DNA from: Myxococcales bacterium
Lineage (GTDB): Bacteria > Myxococcota_A > UBA9042 > JABWCM01 > BTVJ01
Assembly: GCA_045863395.1 (NCBI GenBank)
Contig: BTVJ01000022.1
Span: 35,443 to 99,442 of the forward strand
Reading direction: 5' to 3'
Length of the DNA: 64,000 nucleotides
A program made the position numbers and the translations under genes. Of the stretch, positions 17,801 to 26,600 are shown piece by piece. The stretch's first letter is position 1; the number at the start of each line of letters is the position of its first letter. Below the pieces are notes generated by a model. It saw nothing but the letters and a program-made list of their open reading frames with translations. It was not told the DNA's origin and searched no databases.

Positions 17801-18250
17801 ATGGATCTCGGCGGCGGTCTGGGGCGCGATGGTGCCCGCTCCCGCCACGTCGCCGATGCCCTCCATGGAGTCGAGCACGATGAAGAAGCTCGCCTGCGTG
17901 TCGTTGGGGTCGGAGGTGGCGAGCACGGGCTCACCCGCGGCGTTCTGGAACACCACGGAGACCGCCACGTCGTCGACCGCCAGGCTGGTCAGGCCGTTGT
18001 TGATGCGCATGCGCGCATCGAAGGCCTGCCGCTCCAGCGTCACCTCCTGCTCGATCTCGATGTAGACCTTGGCGCACACCTGAGCGGACGCGCTGGTGGT
18101 CCAGAGCGAGGTCGCGAGGAGCACCAGGCTCGTGAGTCCCGCCGCTCGCCATGCCACGGGGACGCGGTAGCGTGGTCGCCGCCCCTCGACAACGCCGAGC
18201 GTGGCAGATCCCCGGGGCCCCGCAACAGACAACGGACTCGAGTCCATCAT
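11870..18250 (-). CDS. Large secreted multidomain protein (~2126 aa): N-terminal beta-rich domain, cadherin/Ig-like and CARDB-like domains, four C-terminal LamG/ConA-like repeats
   Basis: Track ORF 11870..18442; start moved to ATG 18250 (GAGG RBS, just after upstream stop 18259). Signal-like ...LVLLATSLWTTSASA|Q; ATDPDG and ELNN motifs; 4x LxLWL(D/R)Axx...W.D...FDG.DD.L...ELLVY.RAL. Confidence 0.85.
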   Translation of the reverse strand: MMDSSPLSVAGPRGSATLGVVEGRRPRYRVPVAWRAAGLTSLVLLATSLWTTSASAQVCAKVYIEIEQEVTLERQAFDARMRINNGLTSLAVDDVAVSVVFQNAAGEPVLATSDPNDTQASFFIVLDSMEGIGDVAGAGTIAPQTAAEIHWLIIPAPGAAGPAKEGTLYLVGANVSYRIGGELSEVAVVPDSIYVKPMPKLFLDYFLPYEVHGDNPYTDPIEPPEPFPLGVRVANKGYGAANKLAIESSQPKIVENELGLLIAFQIIGSEVHGKPSTPSLLVDFGTVPANEARIAKWIMTATLQGKFIEFSATFTHSDDLGGALTSLLEEVNTHTLVRDIQVDLPGRDAIVDFLAQDGTALKVYESELVDTAVLDVSSASAISLAGGAVTVTVPPTAGFSYLKLADPFFGTQDVVKAVRSDGKVLSSRNAWASREWQKLSQSYLYKINVFDTGNPLGLSYTLTMGQVVADNAAPVLGPTPSRSIRVGETLEYVVTATDPDGTTPAIAATPLPAGASFADAGNGTAVLTWTPGENQLGVYTLYFDASDGKASTSGSAIIEVVPADTPNEAPSSASAEIVTQRDTPSAPVTPTVVDADEGDAHWFTIELAPAHGDAFVTAGQQLVYVPDPGYMGPDSFLFRATDKLGDSVIGTAAVLVIGADDLLVSGLTLERDAAGVPVAAIVTVENTGTAPTVAPVRVDVRAVGCGVDKVVATVETALDAGVTPLHLGLDLTDSALALGAFALVATVDAAGELPEPNELNNGASVGVLLGAASPEWLSLGTAAAEARKVCAGATLSAGGRSSWGLSDGAQWCHDVAAEGAQVSWSLASAGAPLSSGEGRADRNGAWRLDVPMPQQVGALLDLTVTASAGDEQDVTKRQVVLVDCGAGSPAPMVAAPPYTGPNGAPAVVSFMDGAASAPWVVHPGTPVPGVGPVGSGTGGGVTGTGTTDQVPLGGPPLGALGAGGLSGDPFDAAVLAASVMASPNHVEVGGTVTLTGAVGGNDSYYGLPVTWRATDGLGTHVVAPTTWFYLNGTLHLKATWTPPRAGAWTVTLALGPGFQDAQPGNDQVSIAVDVSKPAPLLAGLALWLDASQGVTTDAEGRVQAWADRSAQGAGAAQGTAGLQPQLIADPVYGAALVRCDGQDDALVLGSGYADFSQGLTVFAVVRPDRDAGAGLLLDLGGAGADRVTLGGAGSADGLRYQVAKRMAEASHGARLLELQALSVVHVPGEAATLRRDGAVTGIGNVRLPSVATRTANLICGGAGAPLGGAVAELLVYTRALTEAERVDVELFLAERHGLYHPSASWIAAYPPTVEATIHARRWSAAQADALVAWTAAHPASPVPGIALRLWLRADEGVTATEGVVAAWADQGADPWADDATQTDATARPTAASQGGTSVVRFDGLNDGLRLPAGMAHLDGGFTAYAVARASGPARWGTLLDLTGATAASRLALTRDATGPGVVLRSGDTALTGDGGLAVPELRLLGAIQQPDGQTQIVRGGEVTASGAVAVPRAAVRDGSRIALSPVAGLPAFAGDIAELLVWDRALGADERHAVEVYLADRHGVYHPDATWLLDQDLAAEAVDAAHTYGLGKAETVALGEFMAQNPDLPIPAPGLALWLDATTGVDAAGGAVQGWEDRSPAGMDAAQADSSRRPVLLGGDHPAVSFDGVDDVLPLPAGFAGLDQGVTVFTVARPARPAPGAPLLRLGNAAGQQMVSLGADGATGSVRYGAGAAFATGPKGLLPGRWQVLSAVHGASGVTLSRDGQVLKASAMPLPVAVLRTENAIGGPPFVGELSELLVYTRALSAAEHQAVAAWLADRHGLYHPAATWVDGYAEDVVARIHAERWSQAEADAFVAFGGVASDAGIPGAGVSVWLRGDQVVAGPDGAVALWADLAPVPSPADASQTVEGAQPLVLPSEVGIGGAPAVRFDGLDDALELPPGFVDFDRGVSAFVVLRPAAGDRWGHIVELATSGGAAPISLSRKGTTTTLRYRSGNVAADGAALLGGTSWRVLSVVHAIDGTVALRQHGLDGATGSATLPPLAWRDGSRVGAGVAGHLTGDLAELLIYDRALGDEDRASVEVYLADRYGLYHPDAAWITGSGYEEGIITMIHAQAWSKAQADAVAGQ

Positions 18251-18258
18251 GACAAACC

Positions 18259-19809
18259 TCACGGCCCGCAAGCCGCGCCACAGAGGCCCTCGGCCTCGGC
18301 GGCGCACAGCGCGTCCCACTCGCCGATGCAGCACCAGGGGTCGGCGCCACATACACAGTCCTGGATCGTGGAGTCGGCGCAGCCGAGCCCACCATGATCG
18401 TCGCAGCAGCTCCCCTCGCAGGGCCCGCAGTCGGCGCCACAAGAGACGCAGTCCTCGTCCCCGTCACACGCGCCATCTCCGCACGACGGCGGGCAGACCC
18501 CACAGTCGGCGGCGCAGCTCGCGCAGGACTCCCCAAGGGTGCAGCTCCCGTCCCCGCAGACGTCGGTGCAGGTGAGGCCGCATCCGATGGCCTCCTCGAC
18601 GCAGAGGACGTCCCACGCCGTGGCGCAGCAGAAGGGATCGATGGAGCAGACGCAGCCGGCGACGCTGCCGTCCCCGCAGCCCGGCTCCTCGGCCGGCGCG
18701 CAGCAGTCGCCGGTGCAGGGGCCGCAGTCCGCTGGGCAGCCCTGGCAGGTCTCCGCCCCGCCGCAGGTACCGTCCCCGCAGCCGGCGCAGGCGCCGCAGT
18801 CGGACGGGCACGTGTCGCAACCCTCGCTGCCGTTGCACGCGCCGTCGCCGCACGCCGGGCAGGCTCCGCAGTCGGCAGGGCAGAGGGCGCAGGTCTCGCC
18901 GCCCTCGCAGGCCCCGTCGCCGCACTCGGGGCCGCAGCCGCCACACGCCACGGCCTCGTCGACGCACGCTGCGTCCCAGGCGATGGAGCAGCAGAAGCCG
19001 TCGGCGGCGCAGACGCAGGCAGTGATGTCCGGGTCGTCGCAGCCGGGGGGCCCCTCCGCGCAGCAGTCGCCCTCGCAGTCGCCACAATCCGCAGGGCAGG
19101 AGAGGCAGCCCTCGTCCAGGTCGCACTGGCCGTCGCCGCAGCCGGGGCAGAGACCGCAGTCCTGGGGACAGGTGCCGCAGGTCTCGCCAGGCACGCATGC
19201 GCCGTCACCACAAAGGCCCGGGCAGTCCGCGCCGCAGAACAGGGCGGCCTGCTCGACGCACAGGGCGTCCCAGCCGGTCGTACAGCAGAAGGCGTCCGTC
19301 GCGCATACGCAGTCGGCCACCGCCGCGTCGTTGCAGGAGGGGCGGTCGTGGCCCTCGCAGCAGCCCTCGGTGCAGTCGACGGTCGGGTCCTTGGGCTTGC
19401 AGTCGTCGACGTCAGGTACGCCGTCGTCGTCGTCGTCGGGGTCACAGGCGTCGATGGTGCCGTCGCCGTCGTTGTCGAGCGCTTGGGAGAAGGGCTCCTT
19501 CAAGGCGAGCAGGATCAGCGCCTGGACGTCGATGACATTGCGGACGCCGTCGCAGTTGAGGTCCGCCTCCGCCTGGGTCACCTTGAGGCACGCGGGCGTG
19601 GGGGTCCCGCCGGCGTTGGAGAGGACGAGCAGGATCATGCACTGCACGTCCACGACGTTGGTCAGCTCGTCGTCGTTGATGTCGCCCGGAGGCACCAGGA
19701 CCGCCGAGGACAGCGGTCGCGGCACAAGGACGAGCAGGGCGAACAGTAGCAGGAACGCGCACGTGCCGCGTGAGGCTCGGGGCGCGCCCTGGGGGAGCGG
19801 TAAGCTCAT
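18259..19809 (-). CDS. Secreted dockerin-like / TSP3-like Ca-binding, Cys-rich repeat protein
   Basis: Paired GDINDDELTNVVDVQ / ADLNCDGVRNVIDVQ motifs; DNDGDGTIDACDPDDDDDGVPDVDDC; CGDGxC repeats and 4 CCxxxWDxxC repeats; hydrophobic N-terminus. Confidence 0.85.
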   Translation of the reverse strand: MSLPLPQGAPRASRGTCAFLLLFALLVLVPRPLSSAVLVPPGDINDDELTNVVDVQCMILLVLSNAGGTPTPACLKVTQAEADLNCDGVRNVIDVQALILLALKEPFSQALDNDGDGTIDACDPDDDDDGVPDVDDCKPKDPTVDCTEGCCEGHDRPSCNDAAVADCVCATDAFCCTTGWDALCVEQAALFCGADCPGLCGDGACVPGETCGTCPQDCGLCPGCGDGQCDLDEGCLSCPADCGDCEGDCCAEGPPGCDDPDITACVCAADGFCCSIAWDAACVDEAVACGGCGPECGDGACEGGETCALCPADCGACPACGDGACNGSEGCDTCPSDCGACAGCGDGTCGGAETCQGCPADCGPCTGDCCAPAEEPGCGDGSVAGCVCSIDPFCCATAWDVLCVEEAIGCGLTCTDVCGDGSCTLGESCASCAADCGVCPPSCGDGACDGDEDCVSCGADCGPCEGSCCDDHGGLGCADSTIQDCVCGADPWCCIGEWDALCAAEAEGLCGAACGP

Positions 19810-20119
19810 CGATCCCGTCCAGGTGTGACCGCAGCGCGCAAGACCCCTCCTGGATCATCGCGCAGCCGCTCGTCGGGCAATGCAGCCCAGCCTATGCCGG
19901 GGCCCGGGCGCATGCAATCACTATTTCCATTGGACGAGGGCCGCCGCGGCCTGACGCGACGGAGCCGTGCGTAACCCACACTGGGCCTGCCCCCTCTTCG
20001 GTGACAGGCACGCCGGGGAAGCTGTGTCGGCGAGAATTCGCGGGTTTCCATCCGCGGCAGGGGGGCGTATGCTCGCGCGCGTTCGACGGTTGGCCAAGAC
20101 CACCACAGGAGACGAGAAC

Positions 20120-22090
20120 ATGGCAAGACACTGTGCGTGCGCCCTCCTGGCGCTTGTGCTCGCCGCCGCGTGCGGCGACGACTCCGTCACTCCGAGCGCG
20201 GGTGGCGACGACTCGGGCGGCACACCGTCCTTCGACAGCGGCCAGCTCCCGTCCGTGGACGCCGGGCCCACGGACACCGGCACGCCCGACACCGGAGGGC
20301 CCGACGTGGCCGAGGTGCCCGACGTCGTACCGGACGCCGGCAAGCCCGACGTCAGCGCCCCCGTCGACACGGGACCGGCCGACACGGGCCCGCTCCAGGG
20401 GATCTGCCTGCTCAACAACTGCAAGTCCGACCAGGAGTGCGCGGGCTGCACGGCGGGCCGCACCACCTGCAAGATCGACGAGGGCCGGTGCATCGCCTGC
20501 GACCCGACCACGCAGACCGGCTGCAAGGACGGCGAGACCTGCACGAGCTTCGGCATCTGCGCGCCCGTCGTGCAGACCTGCGCGACGGACGGCGGCGGCA
20601 ACCCCCTCGTGTCCTGCGAGAAGAACTCGGACTGCGCGGCGTGCAGTCCGCAGCACCAGGTCTGCGATCCGGCGGACGGCCAGTGCAAGGCGTGCACCGC
20701 CACGAACACGAGCCACTGCCTCCAGACGCAGATCTGCGTCGAGGGGCGCTGCGCCGACAAGTGCCCGAAGGCCTGCCTCGTCGATGGCGACTGCCAGTGG
20801 TGCGGCACGGCGGAGAAGCCGGCCAAGGGGTGCTTCCAGCACCAGTGCGCCCAGTGCTCGGAGACCTGGCCCTGCCCCCAGGGTCAGGTGTGCGAGGCGG
20901 GCAACTGCATCAAGCCCTGCGGAATCTATGGCTCGCCCGGAGCGTGCCAGACTGCGGCCGAGTGTGCCTGGTGTGGGGGCAACGAGGGCGATCCCGGGGC
21001 CAAGGACGCCTGGGACTGCAAGTTCCCAATCAACGGTGCCACATATGGCGTCTGCACGGCCAAGGCAGCGGGGTGCAGCGATCTCGGCGCCGGTGTGGCC
21101 GTGCTGCCGGAGCCCTGGTCACAGGGGACGAACCTCTGCTCCGGCGACGGTGACTGCGCTGGGGTCGGGATCCAGTACAACGTGGGCAAGCTGGTCAAGG
21201 ACCTGATCGGCTCGGACACGCTGGACCTGGGCTTCGCGGAGCTGACGGTCCAGGACGCCAACGTCGAGTACGGCATGAACGCCTGCGCCTCGGTCAACAT
21301 CCTCGGAGACATCGACTGCGGCGTCTGCGTGCCCTGCCGCGTGGACCAGGACTGCAAGCCCATCGGGGTCGACAAGCTGGCCTTCGACCTCTTCAAGGGG
21401 GAGGCGCTGGCGCAGATCGCGGCGGCCTTCCTGCTGGACCTCTTGTACGGCAAGGAGGCGGACCAGAACCTCAACTTCCGGTGCCAGTCCGTGGCGGCCG
21501 GCTACGGCGTATGCATCCCGTGCGGCAACCCCCTCAAGGCCTGCGGCAAGAGCGACGAGCCGCCTCCAGGCAGCGGGAAGTGCGAGCACGAGGTGTGCGC
21601 CACGGGGACCCCGCTGGACCCGAGCTGCGGCGCCTGCGCCAAGGCCGTGTGCAGCGCGGACGCGTACTGCTGCACGACGGAGTGGGACAACGTGTGCGTC
21701 AAGGCCGTGGATCAGCTCTGCACGACGACCTGCGGCGGCGGCGGCGGCAGCAAGTGCGATCACGGCCCCTGCGAGCAGGGCGGACCCATGAGCCCGCAGT
21801 GCAGCCCCTGCGTCGAGGTCGTGTGCAAGGAGGACCCGTACTGCTGCAACCAGGCGTCAGGGGCATGGGACAACCTCTGCGTCGACCGCGCGGCGAGCAA
21901 GGCCGAGTGCGCGAGCCAGTGCCAGGGCGCCTGCGCCCATGACGAGTGCAGCGCTGGCGCGGCGCTGGTCTCGAGCTGCTCGACCTGCGCGACCAAGGTG
22001 TGCGCCGGCGACCCCTTCTGCTGCTCCACGGAGTGGGACTCGTGGTGCGTCGACGGCGCCAAGGGGGTCGTGGAGTGCGGCTGCCAGTAG
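20120..22090 (+). CDS. Cys-rich lipoprotein with three C-terminal CC..WDxxC repeats
   Basis: AGGAGA RBS before ATG 20120; lipobox LAAAC; D/G/P/T linker; very Cys-rich. Confidence 0.85.
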   Translation: MARHCACALLALVLAAACGDDSVTPSAGGDDSGGTPSFDSGQLPSVDAGPTDTGTPDTGGPDVAEVPDVVPDAGKPDVSAPVDTGPADTGPLQGICLLNNCKSDQECAGCTAGRTTCKIDEGRCIACDPTTQTGCKDGETCTSFGICAPVVQTCATDGGGNPLVSCEKNSDCAACSPQHQVCDPADGQCKACTATNTSHCLQTQICVEGRCADKCPKACLVDGDCQWCGTAEKPAKGCFQHQCAQCSETWPCPQGQVCEAGNCIKPCGIYGSPGACQTAAECAWCGGNEGDPGAKDAWDCKFPINGATYGVCTAKAAGCSDLGAGVAVLPEPWSQGTNLCSGDGDCAGVGIQYNVGKLVKDLIGSDTLDLGFAELTVQDANVEYGMNACASVNILGDIDCGVCVPCRVDQDCKPIGVDKLAFDLFKGEALAQIAAAFLLDLLYGKEADQNLNFRCQSVAAGYGVCIPCGNPLKACGKSDEPPPGSGKCEHEVCATGTPLDPSCGACAKAVCSADAYCCTTEWDNVCVKAVDQLCTTTCGGGGGSKCDHGPCEQGGPMSPQCSPCVEVVCKEDPYCCNQASGAWDNLCVDRAASKAECASQCQGACAHDECSAGAALVSSCSTCATKVCAGDPFCCSTEWDSWCVDGAKGVVECGCQ

Positions 22091-22402
22091 GCTCATCGCT
22101 CGCGGACGGCGCGACTCCTCCACCCCCACGCTCCCTTCCACGTCGCGGTCCCCCGACGATCTCCGGACCAATGTAGCCGAAGGTCATCATCCCCCCCTTG
22201 CGGGTCTCGACGCCTGACCTGATCAGCGGTAGGGTCGGTGCCCATGTCTGGCGCACACCCAGGCCAGCGTGCGGGCAGCATTCGGGCACTCCCCGCGCCG
22301 GGCCTCTGGCCCTGGCTGCCTCCCGCGCGCCCCCGGACGTGCCGCTCCACGGCGGAGCGCCATTGCCCGGAGAACTTACCGTGCGCCGAGGGAGTGAACG
22401 GG

Positions 22403-23080
22403 ATGAGACGCACACTGCTCGTAGGAGTCCTGGCCCTGGCGATGGGCATCGCAGGCTGCAAGAAGGAGGAGGCGCCCGCCCCCAAGGGCGGCGCGAAGGC
22501 GGCCACCAAGGAGGCGCCCAAGGAGACACCGAAGGGGGAGGCGACCGCGCCGGACATCGCGTCGAAGAAGGCGGCCCTCGTCGAGGAGAAGGCGCCGGAG
22601 GCCACGCCCGAGGAGAAGGCGCCCGAGGCCGTGCCCGAAGAAGCAAAGGCCCCTGAGGCAGCACCGGCAGAGGCTCCAAAGGCCCCCGAGGCCGCGCCCG
22701 AGGAGGCGAAGGCACCCGAGGCCGCACCGGCGGAGGCCCCCAAGGCACCCGAGGAGGCGAAGGCACCCGAGGCCGCACCCGCGCAGGTCGCCCAGGCCGA
22801 GCCGGCGGCACCCGCCGAGGAGAAGGCCCCTGCCGAGGAGGCGAAGCCCGCCGCGGCGCCGCCCAAGTCCGTGACCCTGAAGGCCAAGAAGGGCGACGTG
22901 ACCTTCGACCACGGGTCCCACTCCGACGGCTACAAGTGCACCCAGTGCCACGGCGAGGGCACGCCGGCCAGGATCGGCCTGGACAAGAAGAAAGCCCACG
23001 ACCTCTGTATCGGCTGCCACAAGAAGGAGGAATCGGGCCCGACCAAGTGCAAGGAGTGCCACGGCGGCGCTGACGAGTAA
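22403..23080 (+). CDS. Lipoprotein triheme cytochrome c7 (PpcA/c3-family) with long Pro/Glu/Ala/Lys linker
   Basis: Lipobox IAGC; CTQCH, CIGCH and CKECH heme motifs; VTLKAKKGDVTFDH...GPTKC closely resembles Geobacter PpcA. Confidence 0.9.
   Translation: MRRTLLVGVLALAMGIAGCKKEEAPAPKGGAKAATKEAPKETPKGEATAPDIASKKAALVEEKAPEATPEEKAPEAVPEEAKAPEAAPAEAPKAPEAAPEEAKAPEAAPAEAPKAPEEAKAPEAAPAQVAQAEPAAPAEEKAPAEEAKPAAAPPKSVTLKAKKGDVTFDHGSHSDGYKCTQCHGEGTPARIGLDKKKAHDLCIGCHKKEESGPTKCKECHGGADE
22585..22785 (+). repeat. Imperfect coding tandem repeats (E[A/E]KAPEAAP) in the cytochrome linker
   Basis: Recurrent gaggcgaaggcacccgaggccgcacc-like units. Confidence 0.75.
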
Positions 23081-23098
23081 GCCCCAGCCCAACTGCCC

Positions 23099-23614
23099 TC
23101 AGGGAGCGGGACGTCTGAGCATCGCCAGCGGGTCCAGATAGCCCGCCAGCCTTGGGTCCTTTGCCGTGAGCCCGCCGTCGGGGGAGCGCCCCAACCTGGC
23201 GGCCAGGTGGAGGTGGCAGGGTCTCTCCGGCGCGTCCGACCCCACGCGACCGAGCACGGCGCCGGCCTCTATGGGGCCCTCCACCGCCTGGACCTCCGAC
23301 AGGTGGTCGAAAGCCACGAAGAGGGCGCCGTCTGGGCCCTCCACCCGCAGAACGAGCCGGCCGTCGCCGCGCCGGGCCGAGGTGACGACGCCTCGCGCGG
23401 GGGCCAGGACCGGTGCGCCGCACGACGCAGCCAGATCGACCCCCGCGTGATATCCGCCGCTCGGGCGGCGAGCGGCGAAGGGCTGAGTGACCTGGGCGCA
23501 GGACTGCGCGCCGGCGCCAAAGGGGCAGAGCCACGAGGGCTCCGCCCACGAGGTCGACGCGACGCACGAGAGCGCCATGAGCAGCCCCCACCTCACGGCG
23601 CGCCGACGCAACAT
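23099..23614 (-). CDS. Secreted M23 family (LytM) metallopeptidase
   Basis: HAGVD (HxxxD) and HLH motifs, G.PVLAPARG, signal peptide. Start uncertain (23614 or 23579). Confidence 0.8.
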   Translation of the reverse strand: MLRRRAVRWGLLMALSCVASTSWAEPSWLCPFGAGAQSCAQVTQPFAARRPSGGYHAGVDLAASCGAPVLAPARGVVTSARRGDGRLVLRVEGPDGALFVAFDHLSEVQAVEGPIEAGAVLGRVGSDAPERPCHLHLAARLGRSPDGGLTAKDPRLAGYLDPLAMLRRPAP

Positions 23615-26600
23615 GCGGGGGCGGCCTCCGTGCTGAGGACGGGCCACAGCGGGTAGCCGGTCTCCGTGGCCAGCACCACGGCGCCGGGGGCCGGCATGGC
23701 GGGGGCCACCGCCTTGCGGGCAAGCAGGAGGAGAGGCGGATCTGCGGGCACCCACGCTGGCGCGCGGTCATCGCAGCCGCCCGGCGTGAGCGGGCTCTCC
23801 GCGCCCGTCGCCAGATCCCGCAGGACGACACGGCAGCGCCCCTTCTCACACCGGGCAAAGGCGACGCGGTCGCCGCCGGGGTGCCACGCGGGCGTGCGCT
23901 CGTCTGCTGCCGTGTCGATCACGGAGGTCACCGCACCATCCAGCCGAGAGACACCGAAGACTGCCTTGCCGACGGGTCGGCGCGCAAAGACGAGGGCGCC
24001 ACCCGGTCCAAAGGACGGCTCCCGGTCCTCGTCGGCGCCCGCCGTCAGCGAAGCGGGAGTACCACCGCTCGTGGGTACCGCGAAGAGGTCGTAGGTCCCC
24101 TCCCGATCCGACGCGAAGGCCAGCGTCTGGCAGTCCCAAGAGAAGGCGGGGTCCGTGTCCGTGCCCGGAGCGCTGGTCACGGTCTGTGTGACGCCGACGA
24201 CCAGGTCACGCAGGTACAGATCCTGACCGCCGATGCCAGGCGCAGCGAAGGCCACGAGGTCTCCACAGGCTGCGGCGCGCCCGACGCCGTCGAGGTCCGC
24301 CAGGACCGCGGAGACCCCGGTCCCGATGGTGGTCGCAGCCCCCGAGCCCGCCAGCGTCACCACGCGCAGCGCCAGAGCGTCCGCGCCGCCCGTCAAATCT
24401 CCGGGTGGAGCGCCGCCCAGGTCGCACGAGCCGACCGGAACGGCGGCCTCCGGGTCGTCCAGCACCACCGGCCCCAGCTCCGAGGTGTTGCCGGCGGGGT
24501 CCGTGACGGTCGCGTGCAGGAACAGGGAGGCCAGCGAGCCGGCGGGAGCCAGATCGGCCGCGGGCGGCCCCAGCACGCCGGTCATTGACCAGAGCCCTCC
24601 GACGACGATGGCGCTCGCCACGGGGACCCGGGCCTCGTCGGCCTCATCCGCGTACAGCTCGACCAGGGACCCGTCGGGGACGGAAGGGTGCACCGTCCCC
24701 GCGAAGGACCAGCCGCCCGGGGACGGGAGCGCCGCAGTCACGACCGGCGCCGGGATGCCGGCGTTACCGCCTCCCTCGAGGGCGATGGCGGAGCCCGCGT
24801 GTGCGGTGATGCGGTTCTGGGACAGCGTGTTCCGCAACGATCCGGGGCCGACCATGACCCCGGCGCCGCCGCCGGCGCTCCCGTCGATGCGGTTCGCGTG
24901 GAGGCGGTTGTCCGAGGAGCCGACGAGCGCCACCTGCGTGTCGCCTTGGGCGCGCAAGACGTTGGCGTCCATCACACAGTCGTGGGACCCCGTCAGGAGG
25001 ACCCCCGCTCCCGGCCCCGCCACCTGGTTGCCACGCAGGAGCGCCCCCTCCGCGTCCTCTAGTGCGACGCCAGCAAACCCGTTGCCCAGGGGAATGTTGG
25101 GGCCGGCGAAGGGCGGGTTCAGCTCGCCGACGAGGTTGTCTGTAAGCCGCAGCGGGCCGACGCAGGACGCTACGCCGATTCCGGCGCCCGCGTTGCCCGA
25201 CACCATGCAGCCCGTGACCTGTGGTGCCGCTCCGTCACAGCCCTGCACGCGGATACCGTCGCCCTCGTTGGGGAGCGCTGCCGTCCCGGACGAATCCACC
25301 CCGGCATAGACGTTGTGTACGCGGGCCGCGACTGCTACGCCTGAGGCGTCCACCTGAACACCGTGGGCGCCGTTTCCGCTGACCAGGACGGCCCCGCGCC
25401 CGCCCGGCGCCCCCAGCGAGAGCCCCTCCGCGCCGGCCGCGACGACGCCGCTGCCCCCGTTGGGCACGGCGACGGTGCCCGTGTCGTCCGTGCCGACGAA
25501 GCTCGCCTCGATGCGAACGCCCGAGGCGCCGTCGATGACGACTCCGTCGGCCCCGTTACCCGACACCACCAGGCCGCGCCCCGGCGCGCCGAGCCGCACG
25601 CCAGAGGTGCCCTTGACCCGCACGCCCGCGCCCTCGTTCGGGTGCACTGCGTCCGCACCGGGACCCGCAAGCAGCCCGAAGGCCGACGAGATGACCTCGA
25701 CGGGGCCGTCGTAGGACTCCACCCGGAGGCCGTCCCCCCCGTTGCCGATGGAGGTCGCCCCGGCGAGCGCCACGGGGACCGAGCCGGTGTGGGCGTGGAC
25801 GCCGTGGGTCGCGTTGGCGTGGAGGAGCAGAGTCCCGGCGCCGAGGGGGAGCCGCGGCGCGAGGTGAGCGAAGAGCGTCCCCTTGGGCTCCTGGGGCGCC
25901 GACGACGACGGCACGGGGAGGTCCCGCCCGGCACGTGGCCCCCCGGGCCCCACGGGGGCTCCCGTGATCTCGAGGCCCGCGGCCCCGTTGCCGCCGAGGC
26001 ACCCGGTCACCGCCACGTCGTCCGTGCCGTCGAGCCAGACTCCCGACTGGGCGGCGCCCTCGACCACGACCTGCTCCAGCGTTGCAGATGCCCCTTGGAC
26101 GTAGACTCCGGGGCCCGCCGTGTTGGCGACCCGGGTCCCGACGACCGAGACGTCCGTGGAGTCGAGGATCGCCACTCCCGCCCCCACCATGGCCCCGCCC
26201 TCGATGCGCACGTCCTGCGCGTCGCCGACCAGGACGGCCACGCCGCTCGCCGACCCGGCGAAGCCCGCCGTCACGGTCACCGGAGCTCCGGGTGCATTGT
26301 CAGGTCCGCAGGGCCCTGGCGACAGACCGGCGTCCATCGTCGGGAAGGGGTGCTTTTTGGTCCATGTCTCCAGGTTCCGCCCCGCGTGGAGGTTTCCTGC
26401 GAGCCGGACCCCGGTGGCGCCGTCCACCTCCACGTCCGCGATGACGTTGTCGCCGAGGTGAGACCCCTCGACGCGCACGCCTGTCGCGCCGTCGAGGATC
26501 TGGATGCCCACGTGATTGCCGGCGCTCGTCCACGGCGGCGAGAGCCCCACGTAGGCGCGGGTGATCACGACGTCGGCGGCCTCCCCCACGCGGATCCCCG

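Noticed and set aside
11873..19828. Plus-strand ORFs (11873..14785, 17249..18397, 18539..19828 etc.)
   Set aside because: Antisense to well-supported minus-strand genes.
22215..22226. tgacctgatca upstream of the cytochrome gene as an FNR box
   Set aside because: Half-site spacing is one base short of the consensus.
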